DNA of 64,000 nucleotides from Hyphomicrobiales bacterium (GTDB lineage Bacteria > Pseudomonadota > Alphaproteobacteria > Rickettsiales > JACKKO01), in assembly GCA_024236395.1 (NCBI GenBank), contig JACKKO010000001.1:576937-640936 (forward strand), in the 5' to 3' direction. The stretch's first letter is position 1; every line of letters begins with the position of its first letter. A program made the translations under genes and the position numbers. A model generated the notes under the pieces. That model ran no database searches, had not been told where the DNA came from, and saw only the letters and a program-made list of their open reading frames with translations. Shown one piece after another: positions 9,052 to 17,616 of this stretch.

Positions 9052-10890
9052 ATGTTAATGGAACAAGATATAGATATCACTGATTATTATCAGAAAGTTG
9101 TTACCTATAGGGTCAAAGACTTTCTGAATGCGTATATTGGCAAACATGGAAAAAAGCCGGATTTTGCAAAACCATCAAATTTAAGTGATCCTGAATTACA
9201 CGCCCTCTTGGTTGAAATAACAGATATCGTGGCTAATACATTCCCTTTAGGAATGGAGGTAAGACAGGAAAGTCGGGCAGAAAATGTTATTGGCAGTTAT
9301 ATTGATTCCATTCGGTCTGGAGATCCTATCAAAATAAGATACGAAGAGCTTTCTGCGTTTATTCATCATAAGGCCTATGAAGTGATTATAGCAGCTGTGG
9401 ATGCATTTATTAAGGGTACATCCATTAAGGATGGGTCCGATAAGATATTACGTAAAATGTATACGGATCTGAGTGAAATTGAATTTGAAATGACCGGAAA
9501 GCTGACAGGCAAGTATGGCTTTAAGAACGCTGAAGAGAGTCAACGGAAGGCCAAAAGATATATAACGGAGACTCTCGATAGTATTCTAGACAGCTTATCC
9601 CAAGGCGATCAGTTTACTTTGGATAATTACTCCAGCTTTAAGAATAATATACGCAAAATAATTAATGAAGAATATGTCAGAGCCGTTGAAGAGGTTATTG
9701 GGTACACATTTGCAAACAAAGAAATACTCATAAGAGCGCTAACCCATCCGAATATTGATAATAATCCCAATAAGAATTATGAACGTCTGGAGTTTATCGG
9801 GGATGGGGTATTAAATTTTGTTGTGTCGCAAAACATAGACCCTTTGGCTCCACAAAGGGTAATTCTGCGGGATAATAAAATCAAAAGTTCAAATCTTGCT
9901 AAGGCACAGAAAGAACTGTCCATTGATCATTCTGTATGGAAAATAGGTGTTCTCACACAAAAAGATCGTGAAGATAATTTTGAAGCAATTATTGGTGCTA
10001 TCTATGAAGACGGTGGCATTGAGGCGGCACAGAAATTTGTTCTTAAGCGACTTCGAATGGATGAATTAAATACACGTGTCAAACCCGATGTAACAGGGTT
10101 GCCTACAGATTCTACAAACGAAACACAAGCTAGGCTAAAGCATCGATTTCATCATCCGGAGTATGTAACGGCAGTTTTTGCCTCCCAAGAAAACACTGCG
10201 CGCAAAGCACTGCTCAGCATGGGAACGGAAACGCTGAATTTTGTGGTTTACCGGTACATATTTGAACACCGGGAGGACCTGACAATCACGGAGATGGGAT
10301 TAGCCAGAGATGCGTTGATCAATAACCATAATATTGTTGCTATCATGAAGCAGCAGGGAGTTATAGCATCTGTCCCACCTGCAGAAGCGAGTAAAGGTTA
10401 TACAAAGCAAAGCGCAGACACGTTCCGGGCATTGACGGAGGCTGTGTATCAAGATGCTAGCCAAAAAAATGCAATGCCTGAGGCACTGGAAGAAGCCTAC
10501 CGTTTTATCAAGAAACAACTGATCCTACCCTTAACACAGGACAAACCACTTAAAGAACTAATGGTGCCAAACTACAAAAATATTTTAAACGCATTCGAAA
10601 ATGCGATCCCCACTATGCATGTTTCAATAAAATACTCTGGTGAAGCAGGAAACTATGTAACAGACCTTACAATTACACATGAAGAGCAAGAGGTATTAAA
10701 AATAAACATGGAGACAGAGTATTCGAGCCGTACAAGACGCAGTGAAGAAATTGCAAAATTGGCGGTGGAAGAATTGCAGCGGTCAGAAATTCGTGGCCAG
10801 CAGAATCCATTCTTCCATACTGTTCAACAGCTGATGCAGAAAGACACAATAGCCAACCAGATACGCATGACGACGAGTTTGGAGCGCTAG
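9052..10890 (+). CDS. tandem RNase III-domain protein: unknown N-terminal region + intact RNase III domain + degenerate RNase III-like domain + dsRBD-like C-terminus
   Basis: aa 244-251 ERLEFIGD and aa 308-320 DNFEAIIGAIYED form a complete RNase III signature. aa 385-400 KALLSMGTETLNFVV and aa 455-468 ADTFRALTEAVYQD have the same pattern with the acidic residues replaced. aa 506-577 fit a dsRBD-like alpha-beta3-alpha pattern. The gene is A+T-rich. Confidence 0.75.
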   Translation: MLMEQDIDITDYYQKVVTYRVKDFLNAYIGKHGKKPDFAKPSNLSDPELHALLVEITDIVANTFPLGMEVRQESRAENVIGSYIDSIRSGDPIKIRYEELSAFIHHKAYEVIIAAVDAFIKGTSIKDGSDKILRKMYTDLSEIEFEMTGKLTGKYGFKNAEESQRKAKRYITETLDSILDSLSQGDQFTLDNYSSFKNNIRKIINEEYVRAVEEVIGYTFANKEILIRALTHPNIDNNPNKNYERLEFIGDGVLNFVVSQNIDPLAPQRVILRDNKIKSSNLAKAQKELSIDHSVWKIGVLTQKDREDNFEAIIGAIYEDGGIEAAQKFVLKRLRMDELNTRVKPDVTGLPTDSTNETQARLKHRFHHPEYVTAVFASQENTARKALLSMGTETLNFVVYRYIFEHREDLTITEMGLARDALINNHNIVAIMKQQGVIASVPPAEASKGYTKQSADTFRALTEAVYQDASQKNAMPEALEEAYRFIKKQLILPLTQDKPLKELMVPNYKNILNAFENAIPTMHVSIKYSGEAGNYVTDLTITHEEQEVLKINMETEYSSRTRRSEEIAKLAVEELQRSEIRGQQNPFFHTVQQLMQKDTIANQIRMTTSLER

Positions 10891-10901
10891 GATGGTTTAG
10901 C

Positions 10902-11978
10902 CTATAGCGGGGTGAGGGTGTTCACATGCCCCATACGGCGATGTTCCCATGTTTCATGTTTCCCATATAAATGCAGCTTGCTTTTGGGGTTTTTAAGGAT
11001 GGTTGCCCACGCGGCGGCATCCTTATCAAACAGGATCTGTGTTTCAACATGCGTATGGCACACGGTTGAACCCAAAGGCAGGCCGCATATAGCACGTACC
11101 AACTGCTCAAACTGGCTGGTAACGCATCCATCCTGTGTCCACAGCCCGGAATTATGCAGGCGTGGCGTGAGCTCATTTACAAGCAAATCACCATTCTCAA
11201 GCAGAAAAAACTCTACCGTACAGATACCCACAAAATGCAGTTTGTCCAAGATAATACGGGTTATTTCATTGGCCCGGTCGGTAATGCTGGCAGGGATACT
11301 GGCGGGTGCGGTGGAATGATGAAATCGCTCATTAACGGTTTGGTATTCTGTAGGGGGATAAAACGCGACGTTTGTATGCAGATCCCGCGCAGCGATAATA
11401 GAGAATTCCCTGGTAAAGGGGACATACTCTTCCAGGATGCCATGAGGGGTATCAAACGCTGTCCAGATAGCGTGATAGTCCGGCAGTGTATCGTCAATTA
11501 CCGCGTATTTCTTGTCCGCATCGTTCAACTCGGTGGTTTTAAGAATGGCTTTATGCAGCCCAAGCTTCTGATGGGCATCGGTCAGTTCCAGGGAAGAAGT
11601 AATGTGATAATGGGCACTGGTGGGGATATTTAGGCTATGCAGAAACTGCTTTTCTCTTAGTCGATTATGGGTGATATAAAGCTCCTGCTGCCGGGGGCGC
11701 ACGACGGTGAATTTCTCCAGAAAAAGTATGGTATCATTCGGTATATCTTCGTTCTCAAACGTGATGACATCCACCTCACGGGCAAACCGTTCTAATTCAG
11801 AGTGATTATGGATGTCTGCGATAACAGAATAGGAACAAACCTGTGCAGCAGGGCTATCGGCGTTGGCACAGAATATATGTACTTTGTACCCCAGGTTCGC
11901 CGCTGCCAGGGTAGTCATACGCCCTAGTTGGCCGCCACCGACAATACCTATTGTGCTGCCTGGGGGGATGGGTTTCAT
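10902..11978 (-). CDS. purK: N5-carboxyaminoimidazole ribonucleotide synthase
   Basis: N-terminus IGIVGGGQLGRM, ATP-grasp layout, 358 aa. Confidence 0.92.
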   Translation of the reverse strand: MKPIPPGSTIGIVGGGQLGRMTTLAAANLGYKVHIFCANADSPAAQVCSYSVIADIHNHSELERFAREVDVITFENEDIPNDTILFLEKFTVVRPRQQELYITHNRLREKQFLHSLNIPTSAHYHITSSLELTDAHQKLGLHKAILKTTELNDADKKYAVIDDTLPDYHAIWTAFDTPHGILEEYVPFTREFSIIAARDLHTNVAFYPPTEYQTVNERFHHSTAPASIPASITDRANEITRIILDKLHFVGICTVEFFLLENGDLLVNELTPRLHNSGLWTQDGCVTSQFEQLVRAICGLPLGSTVCHTHVETQILFDKDAAAWATILKNPKSKLHLYGKHETWEHRRMGHVNTLTPL

Positions 11979-11981
11979 GAA

Positions 11982-12218
11982 TTACTTTTCTTTCAGATCT
12001 TCTTCCACAATCACATATTCCGCCTCAATGACCTGCTTCTTGCGGGCATGTGGGGTGGGGGATTTTCCCATCGCCTGCCGGATACGGATCCAGATGAGCA
12101 GTCCACCTATGATTACGGCACCAATGACCAATGCTACAAAGCCAGCAGCCAGCAGTCCGGCCACGACAGCAAATGCTATGATAGAACCCAGAACAATACG
12201 GAAATATGCGCCAAACAT
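11982..12218 (-). CDS. small membrane protein (one long hydrophobic segment, acidic C-terminus)
   Basis: The ORF was trimmed to the ATG at 12218 (MFGAYFRIVLG...) because the longer ORF would run through the porin terminator hairpin at 12251-12282. It abuts the purK start. Confidence 0.45.
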   Translation of the reverse strand: MFGAYFRIVLGSIIAFAVVAGLLAAGFVALVIGAVIIGGLLIWIRIRQAMGKSPTPHARKKQVIEAEYVIVEEDLKEK

Positions 12219-12250
12219 AGCGGGTACTCTAGCGGAATTGGCGGGATAGG

Positions 12251-12282
12251 TAAATAAAAAGGGCCACCTGTGCAGGTGGCCC
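12251..12282 (-). terminator. rho-independent terminator of the porin gene
   Basis: GGGCCACCTG / CAGGTGGCCC stem 23 nt after the porin stop codon (12305-12307), followed on the minus strand by TTTTTATTTA. Confidence 0.7.
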
Positions 12283-12304
12283 TTTTCGTTAGGCATTTGT
12301 TCGC

Positions 12305-13426
12305 TTAGAAGGACAGGTACGTACCCACCAGTACGACGGTACCGTCGTTATCCGTGGCAGTACCACTCTGATCCGCATCGAAGAAGCTCACTTCCACATA
12401 CGGGGTCAGGCCCGGTGCCAGTGCATAATCCGCACCCACCACCAGGTTGGTGAAGTCGTCATTACCACGCTCACTGTCCAGATAGGTGACACTGACACCC
12501 ATTGGTCCGTTCTCATAGGCGGCACCCAGTGTCCAGAAGCTGGTATCCAGGTTGGAGCCCACGGCCATGGTGCTGTCATCCCAGTCACCATAGGAACCCG
12601 CCAGCGAGAAGCCTTCAAAGGTAAGCGCTGTCCCCAGTTGCCATGCGGCGAGGTCTTCCGTAGTGGCGAGCTCAGATTGCCCGAAAGCACCCACCAGACC
12701 GACATTGACATCCACACTTTCAAGTGTGCCGGCATAGTTCAGCCCCAGCCCGAAGACGTTCTCTTGGTCGCCATTGAGTTCGCCGGTGAATCCTGCTGCC
12801 GTCCCACCATCACCTTCATCCGGCGTGTAGCTCACACCCAGTTGAATGCCGCTGAAAGAAGGAGAATAGTAGGTGATCTTGGTAGCATCTTCCGTGGCAC
12901 CACCGGTATCTGCTGTCGGCAGGTCAGGGTGGATCAGGAATGTTGCACCCGGTGCTACGCCGCCGGAGTTGATATAAAACTCATCGTCACCATCAATACC
13001 GCCAGTGGCACGGGCAATCGTAGCAGCATTGACAGCCATGGCTGCTTCTGCCCCTTCGTTGTTCCCCAGTTCCACACGACCCAGATCACTTTCTAACCAG
13101 ATGAACGTTTTATCGGCATTGGTACCCTCTCCACGGTTATCGGCAGAAACGTCTGCTTCCAGATCAATTACCGCACCATATTTCAGGCCGTTATCCGCTT
13201 CCCCGGAAACGTTGAAATGGATTTCTGTATCATTGGCAAACTTCACATCACGGGTGAACGCACCTGTTGTATCAAATGGGGAGTCCTGATCAGAAAAACC
13301 GGCCTGGAAATTAATTTCCCCGCCGATGGACAGGTCCAACCCTTCAGCCAGGGCGTTGCTGGCAGTCATAATACCAACAACACCAGCAAGTGCGGTTGTT
13401 GTGAGAATAGTTTGCTTCATTGTCAT
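12305..13426 (-). CDS. outer-membrane porin (alphaproteobacterial porin family)
   Basis: Signal peptide ...TTALAGVVGIMTASNALA|EG, alternating beta-strand pattern rich in G/D/N/T/Y, and C-terminal ...VLVGTYLSF. The start is ambiguous between the ATGs at 13426 and 13420. The TTG at 13444 is unlikely. Confidence 0.8.
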   Translation of the reverse strand: MTMKQTILTTTALAGVVGIMTASNALAEGLDLSIGGEINFQAGFSDQDSPFDTTGAFTRDVKFANDTEIHFNVSGEADNGLKYGAVIDLEADVSADNRGEGTNADKTFIWLESDLGRVELGNNEGAEAAMAVNAATIARATGGIDGDDEFYINSGGVAPGATFLIHPDLPTADTGGATEDATKITYYSPSFSGIQLGVSYTPDEGDGGTAAGFTGELNGDQENVFGLGLNYAGTLESVDVNVGLVGAFGQSELATTEDLAAWQLGTALTFEGFSLAGSYGDWDDSTMAVGSNLDTSFWTLGAAYENGPMGVSVTYLDSERGNDDFTNLVVGADYALAPGLTPYVEVSFFDADQSGTATDNDGTVVLVGTYLSF

Positions 13427-13575
13427 TACTTCCTTTCGTTTCAAATTGATAATGTGTAATATGTATAATTCTTGTCAAAATTATACATATTGTCCATTAT
13501 TCAGCTGATGTAGGAAAAAACTGGGAATGATTCCCCTCGGAGCAGTGTGACATTTGTGCAATGATAATATGACAT

Positions 13576-15084
13576 TTATGTCATGACGGTGGCTTTTACA
13601 GGCATGCTCTTTATCTCAGGCAATGGTACGGTTGAGCGGCCATAATAATCATCTACGCGGATAATATCATCCTCACCAATGTAGCTGCCAGATTGAATTT
13701 CCACCAGTTCCAGTAATTTCTCTCCGGGGTTCTCCAACCGGTGCAGAGTGTTGGGGGAAATAGTGATCGAGTCGTAACGATGTAACTGTTGTATTTTTGT
13801 GTCATATGTGACCTGAGCAGTACCACGGAGGATAATCCAGTGTTCTGATCGGTACTGGTGTTTCTGTAAGGAAAGTCGGCCCTGCGGAAAAACGTGAATA
13901 TGTTTAATGCAATAGCCAGGCTGCTCATGCAATATTGTGTAATAGCCCCAGGGACGGTCTACCCGTGGGTGCTTTTTAATGAGTTCAGGATGGGTCTGTT
14001 CAAGCTGGGTGAGAAGGGGTTTGAGGTACTGTGCTTTGTGACGGTCAGCCACCAGCACAGCGTCTTCTGTGGCGATGATTGCCAGATTACGGACCCCTAA
14101 TGTCGTAATCACCGGCCCCGTGCTGTGTAGGTAACTGTTTTGGGTTGCTTCGGTATGGCATGCTCCCTCGCAGACATTCCCGTCTTTATCCTGCCCCGTA
14201 AGCTGCCAGATGCTATCCCAGGAACCGGCATCTGCCCAACCACAGGCGAACGGCATAACCACCGCCTGTTTTGTGTGTTCCATCACGGCGTAATCAAAGG
14301 AAATTGCTGGCATGGTACCAAAATGTTCTGCGTTAAGCCGTAGAAAATCCCTATCGTGAACAGCAGTGCCATAAGCCAGTCTTGCTCCTGAGGCAATATT
14401 GGGAGCATGTGTTTCAATTTCTGACCGAAAGGTAGAAACACTACCCATGAAGATTCCACTGTTCCAAAGATACTTATCAGATGCGGCCATTTCTTCGGCC
14501 AGCCCTTTGGAAGGCTTCTCTGTAAAAGCATAAACCGGGGCAGTGCTTTTGTCGTTTCCGTTCTGTTGGTGGCGTTCTATATACCCATAGCCAGTCTCAG
14601 GCCGGGTGGGAGGGATGCCAAATGTAACAAGCTTGCCCGCAAGGGCATCCCCCATCGCCTGCTCAATGGCTTTACAAAACGCTATATCATCCAGGATGAC
14701 GTGGTCCGCCGGGGTAATAAATATGATGGCATCCGGTGCCACGGTATGAATATGTTCTACTGCTGTGGCAATGGCTGGTGCGGTATTACGGCCTTCCGGT
14801 TCCAGGATAATGGCAGGAACATACCCCAGTGCCTGCACTGCTTGCTCTGCCACCGTGAAACGATGCACGTCGTTGGCAATAATGATGGGAGGGTGAAATA
14901 AGTCAGGATGCAGCAGACGCCGGAGTGTCTGTACAAAAAGGGTTTGCTCCATGCCAGGAAAACGATGAAAAGGTTTTGGCCGATCATGCCGGGAAAGTGG
15001 CCATAGACGGTTACCGGCCCCGCCACACAAAATCACTGGATAAATGCACCCACTGCCCATCTGAAACATCCCCAGTACCAGCAT
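13576..15084 (-). CDS. manC: mannose-1-phosphate guanylyltransferase / mannose-6-phosphate isomerase
   Basis: PVILCGGAGNRLWPLSR nucleotidyltransferase motif and a C-terminal cupin (RPWGYY...LSLQKHQYRSEHWIIL). The true start is probably an internal ATG at 15069 or 15060. Confidence 0.9.
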   Translation of the reverse strand: MLVLGMFQMGSGCIYPVILCGGAGNRLWPLSRHDRPKPFHRFPGMEQTLFVQTLRRLLHPDLFHPPIIIANDVHRFTVAEQAVQALGYVPAIILEPEGRNTAPAIATAVEHIHTVAPDAIIFITPADHVILDDIAFCKAIEQAMGDALAGKLVTFGIPPTRPETGYGYIERHQQNGNDKSTAPVYAFTEKPSKGLAEEMAASDKYLWNSGIFMGSVSTFRSEIETHAPNIASGARLAYGTAVHDRDFLRLNAEHFGTMPAISFDYAVMEHTKQAVVMPFACGWADAGSWDSIWQLTGQDKDGNVCEGACHTEATQNSYLHSTGPVITTLGVRNLAIIATEDAVLVADRHKAQYLKPLLTQLEQTHPELIKKHPRVDRPWGYYTILHEQPGYCIKHIHVFPQGRLSLQKHQYRSEHWIILRGTAQVTYDTKIQQLHRYDSITISPNTLHRLENPGEKLLELVEIQSGSYIGEDDIIRVDDYYGRSTVPLPEIKSMPVKATVMT

Positions 15085-15120
15085 ACGTTGTACTGGCAGG
15101 GAATCAATAGCGTTTATGGT

Positions 15121-16389
15121 TTATTTTGTTGGGTAATCAAAAAATGCGAGCGCGTCTTTCAGATTGTTATTTAGTTTTTTTTGTACAGGTTTTGGTAAAT
15201 CTTTCCGCCATCGCCCAATAGAAGCAGTCGCGGATTGACTGGTTTTGTGATCATTACTCCAGTCTTTATCATGATTAAGCGAACCCAGAAGTTTCTTGTT
15301 AGTGTCTAAACCGAGAAACTTAAAAATCTTCCGGAACGTTTTTTGTGGAGTGCTGACAATATCCTCATATTTCACCAGAATTTTATTATCGCTGTTAAAA
15401 TGTGTAAAACGCTCGAAAGTTTGTTGATTTTCCTGAATGAAGAAGTCCAGAAATTGGCTGTTATTATCAAAAAACTCACGTCCGAAAGAATAAAACCCAC
15501 GCTTCTTATTAAACGATAGAATGGAACTATAAACATCCCGGTAATCACGCACGACAAAAATGAATTTTGTCTTTTCGATATAGTGATGAGCGGTTTCAAA
15601 GTAGCAGGCAGATCCTTTCATTTTCTCCAGAAAATAACGGGAGCCAGAGGGATCCAATGCTCCATACATATTTACTATCTGACGCGCCAAAGCAGTGCGG
15701 GTGGTTTCAGTAAAAGCATCGAAGTTCCACATCAGTGCGCCGAGGTTATAGCTGGCATAAAAGAATGGAGCAGGGAGCTGCTTTTTGTGTTCAAAAAAAC
15801 TATCTGTAATCACGGTATCGTTTATTGTCGGCATGCTGTTCAGTGTATCAAATGCCTGCAGATAATATTGGGAACCATAAAATTCATACGGGTAACCGGG
15901 TTGGCAAAAAATATCCGTATGCTGCTGTAATACATGGCAGATATGTGTGCTTCCGCAACGTCCACGCGAGAGCATGACCAGATAAACCGGTGTGTGTTGG
16001 GCTGTTGGGAAAGGAGTATGATGGTTATTAATTGTGATACCTGCGGCGGTGCGTTCACCGATTTTCTTGAAATTTACAATAATCTCCACATGAAGGTTTT
16101 CTGGAAAAACGGAGAGGTTCAGGAACGACTCAAAGCCATTTTTTTCTATATATATCGTGCCCGGATGTTGTTCATAGATATCCTGACGTGCATAGCGGGT
16201 AACCGGATAGTCTTCCCCATTAAGGCGTATATGTAACGAAAGTACGTGTTCTTTTTTTGAAGCAAACCAGCCGCGAATGTGTAAAATGTTTCCTTCTGTC
16301 CCCTTTTTTTCCTGCGGGGATTCCAGCCAGCAGATCAAGTGCTTTTCATTTTCTTCGTTAAAATAACGAATGGATTCGATGGTGTGCAT
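15121..16389 (-). CDS. sulfotransferase-family protein with an N-terminal ~125-aa extra module
   Basis: A PAPS 5'-phosphosulfate-binding-like loop (VMLSRGRCGSTHICH) and a 3'-phosphate-binding-like motif (FIFVVRDYRDVYSSILSF). The N-terminal module carries LHIRGW...RYARQDI, which is also seen at the WbsX C-terminus. Confidence 0.65.
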   Translation of the reverse strand: MHTIESIRYFNEENEKHLICWLESPQEKKGTEGNILHIRGWFASKKEHVLSLHIRLNGEDYPVTRYARQDIYEQHPGTIYIEKNGFESFLNLSVFPENLHVEIIVNFKKIGERTAAGITINNHHTPFPTAQHTPVYLVMLSRGRCGSTHICHVLQQHTDIFCQPGYPYEFYGSQYYLQAFDTLNSMPTINDTVITDSFFEHKKQLPAPFFYASYNLGALMWNFDAFTETTRTALARQIVNMYGALDPSGSRYFLEKMKGSACYFETAHHYIEKTKFIFVVRDYRDVYSSILSFNKKRGFYSFGREFFDNNSQFLDFFIQENQQTFERFTHFNSDNKILVKYEDIVSTPQKTFRKIFKFLGLDTNKKLLGSLNHDKDWSNDHKTSQSATASIGRWRKDLPKPVQKKLNNNLKDALAFFDYPTK

Positions 16390-16536
16390 AGTTTCTCTCC
16401 TGAAGACATACCATTATAATCCTGTTGAAGTGCGTGTAAATCACTGCACTTAATTTATTTATGTGTCGCTCTCATATAATCGCCTTGCGTCATTCCGTAC
16501 ATTAGTATCTAATGCGGCAATTAGAAGGGGGGATTT

Positions 16537-17541
16537 ATGGCACAAACAGCAGTTCGTACACGTAAAAAAACTACCGCAAAAGCAAAACCTAAAAAAACAG
16601 TAACTCCACGCAGGAAGCAGTCAGCGCTAAAGGCAGTTGCTGCTCCGTCAGCGGCACAGGTAGCGGTCGCTACGCCGGGTTCTGTATTGCCAGCAGTGGA
16701 TGTACATGATTCACTGGAACAATTTGACCGCGATGGTTTTCTGATTCTTGAGAAGTACCTTAGCGATGACCTGATTGAAAAAATCAATGCTGAGGCGCGG
16801 CATTTTTATGAAAAGCAGGGTGCGCATATCAATAATGTGGGCCGTACCATGAACATGCATCGGGAATCACCGACTATTCAGCAGGTACTGCATGATCCCA
16901 ATCTTTTTAAACTACTAGGTACGTTGCTGAAGGCAGAGCCGTATTTCCTGCAGTCCATCTATTTCTTCCGTGGTTCACAGCAGCCGCTCCATACCGATTA
17001 TCTTTATATGTCTACGGAGCCACATCTACAGCTTTGTGGAATCTGGTTTGCTTTGGAGGATGTTGATCTGGATAATGGTCCACTGATGTATGTGCCAGGT
17101 TCGCATAAACTGCCGATTGCCTCGGTGAAAGACCGGTATGATACGCACTTCAAAATGATTTCCGATTACGTGGAAAAACACCGTGAGGAACTAGAGATAC
17201 AGTACCGTGATCGTATTAGTGTGACCAATGAATCGCTGGAAAGCTGTGTTTTCTTTGATCGCTGGCTGGATGAAATCAATAACAACTGGAAATCAGCTGG
17301 GATGGAAGTGAAATGGTTCCAGCCGAAGAAGGGTGATGTGCTCGTCTGGCATGCGAATCTCATGCATGGCGGGGATATGATTCGTGACCATAACCGGACG
17401 CGGAAATCTTTTGTAGCACACTACTTAACGCAAGCGGTGGAGACATACTACGATATGAATTACCCGGACAAGAAGAACCCGATGAAGCTCAGTGAGATTG
17501 ATGTGAATCGTCCGGCCGTGCTGCAGATTCATAATCGCTAG
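16537..17541 (+). CDS. phytanoyl-CoA dioxygenase (PhyH)-family Fe(II)/2-oxoglutarate oxygenase with a basic N-terminal tail
   Basis: H-x-D (PLHTDYL), distal His (WHANLMHGGD) and Arg (RKSFVAHY). The first ~45 aa are Lys/Ala/Pro/Thr-rich. Confidence 0.8.
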   Translation: MAQTAVRTRKKTTAKAKPKKTVTPRRKQSALKAVAAPSAAQVAVATPGSVLPAVDVHDSLEQFDRDGFLILEKYLSDDLIEKINAEARHFYEKQGAHINNVGRTMNMHRESPTIQQVLHDPNLFKLLGTLLKAEPYFLQSIYFFRGSQQPLHTDYLYMSTEPHLQLCGIWFALEDVDLDNGPLMYVPGSHKLPIASVKDRYDTHFKMISDYVEKHREELEIQYRDRISVTNESLESCVFFDRWLDEINNNWKSAGMEVKWFQPKKGDVLVWHANLMHGGDMIRDHNRTRKSFVAHYLTQAVETYYDMNYPDKKNPMKLSEIDVNRPAVLQIHNR

Positions 17542-17567
17542 AAGTTTTCTGGTATTGCTCAGGTAAT

Positions 17568-17603
17568 AAAAGAAACCCCCGCAGCTGCTGGGGTTTCTTT
17601 TTG
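17568..17603. terminator. bidirectional rho-independent terminator between the convergent PhyH genes
   Basis: AAAAGAAACCCC-cgcagctgct-GGGGTTTCTTTTT: a GC-rich stem with an A-run on one side and a T-run on the other. Confidence 0.7.
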
Positions 17604-17616
17604 GAGTCTAATTCTT

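Noticed and set aside
10878-10890. A TGGAGCG match to the 3' end of tRNA-Gly at the far end of the RNase III-like gene, as a possible att site.
   Set aside because: The match is only 7 nt, in inverted orientation and inside the coding sequence. It is consistent with chance. No integrase is present.
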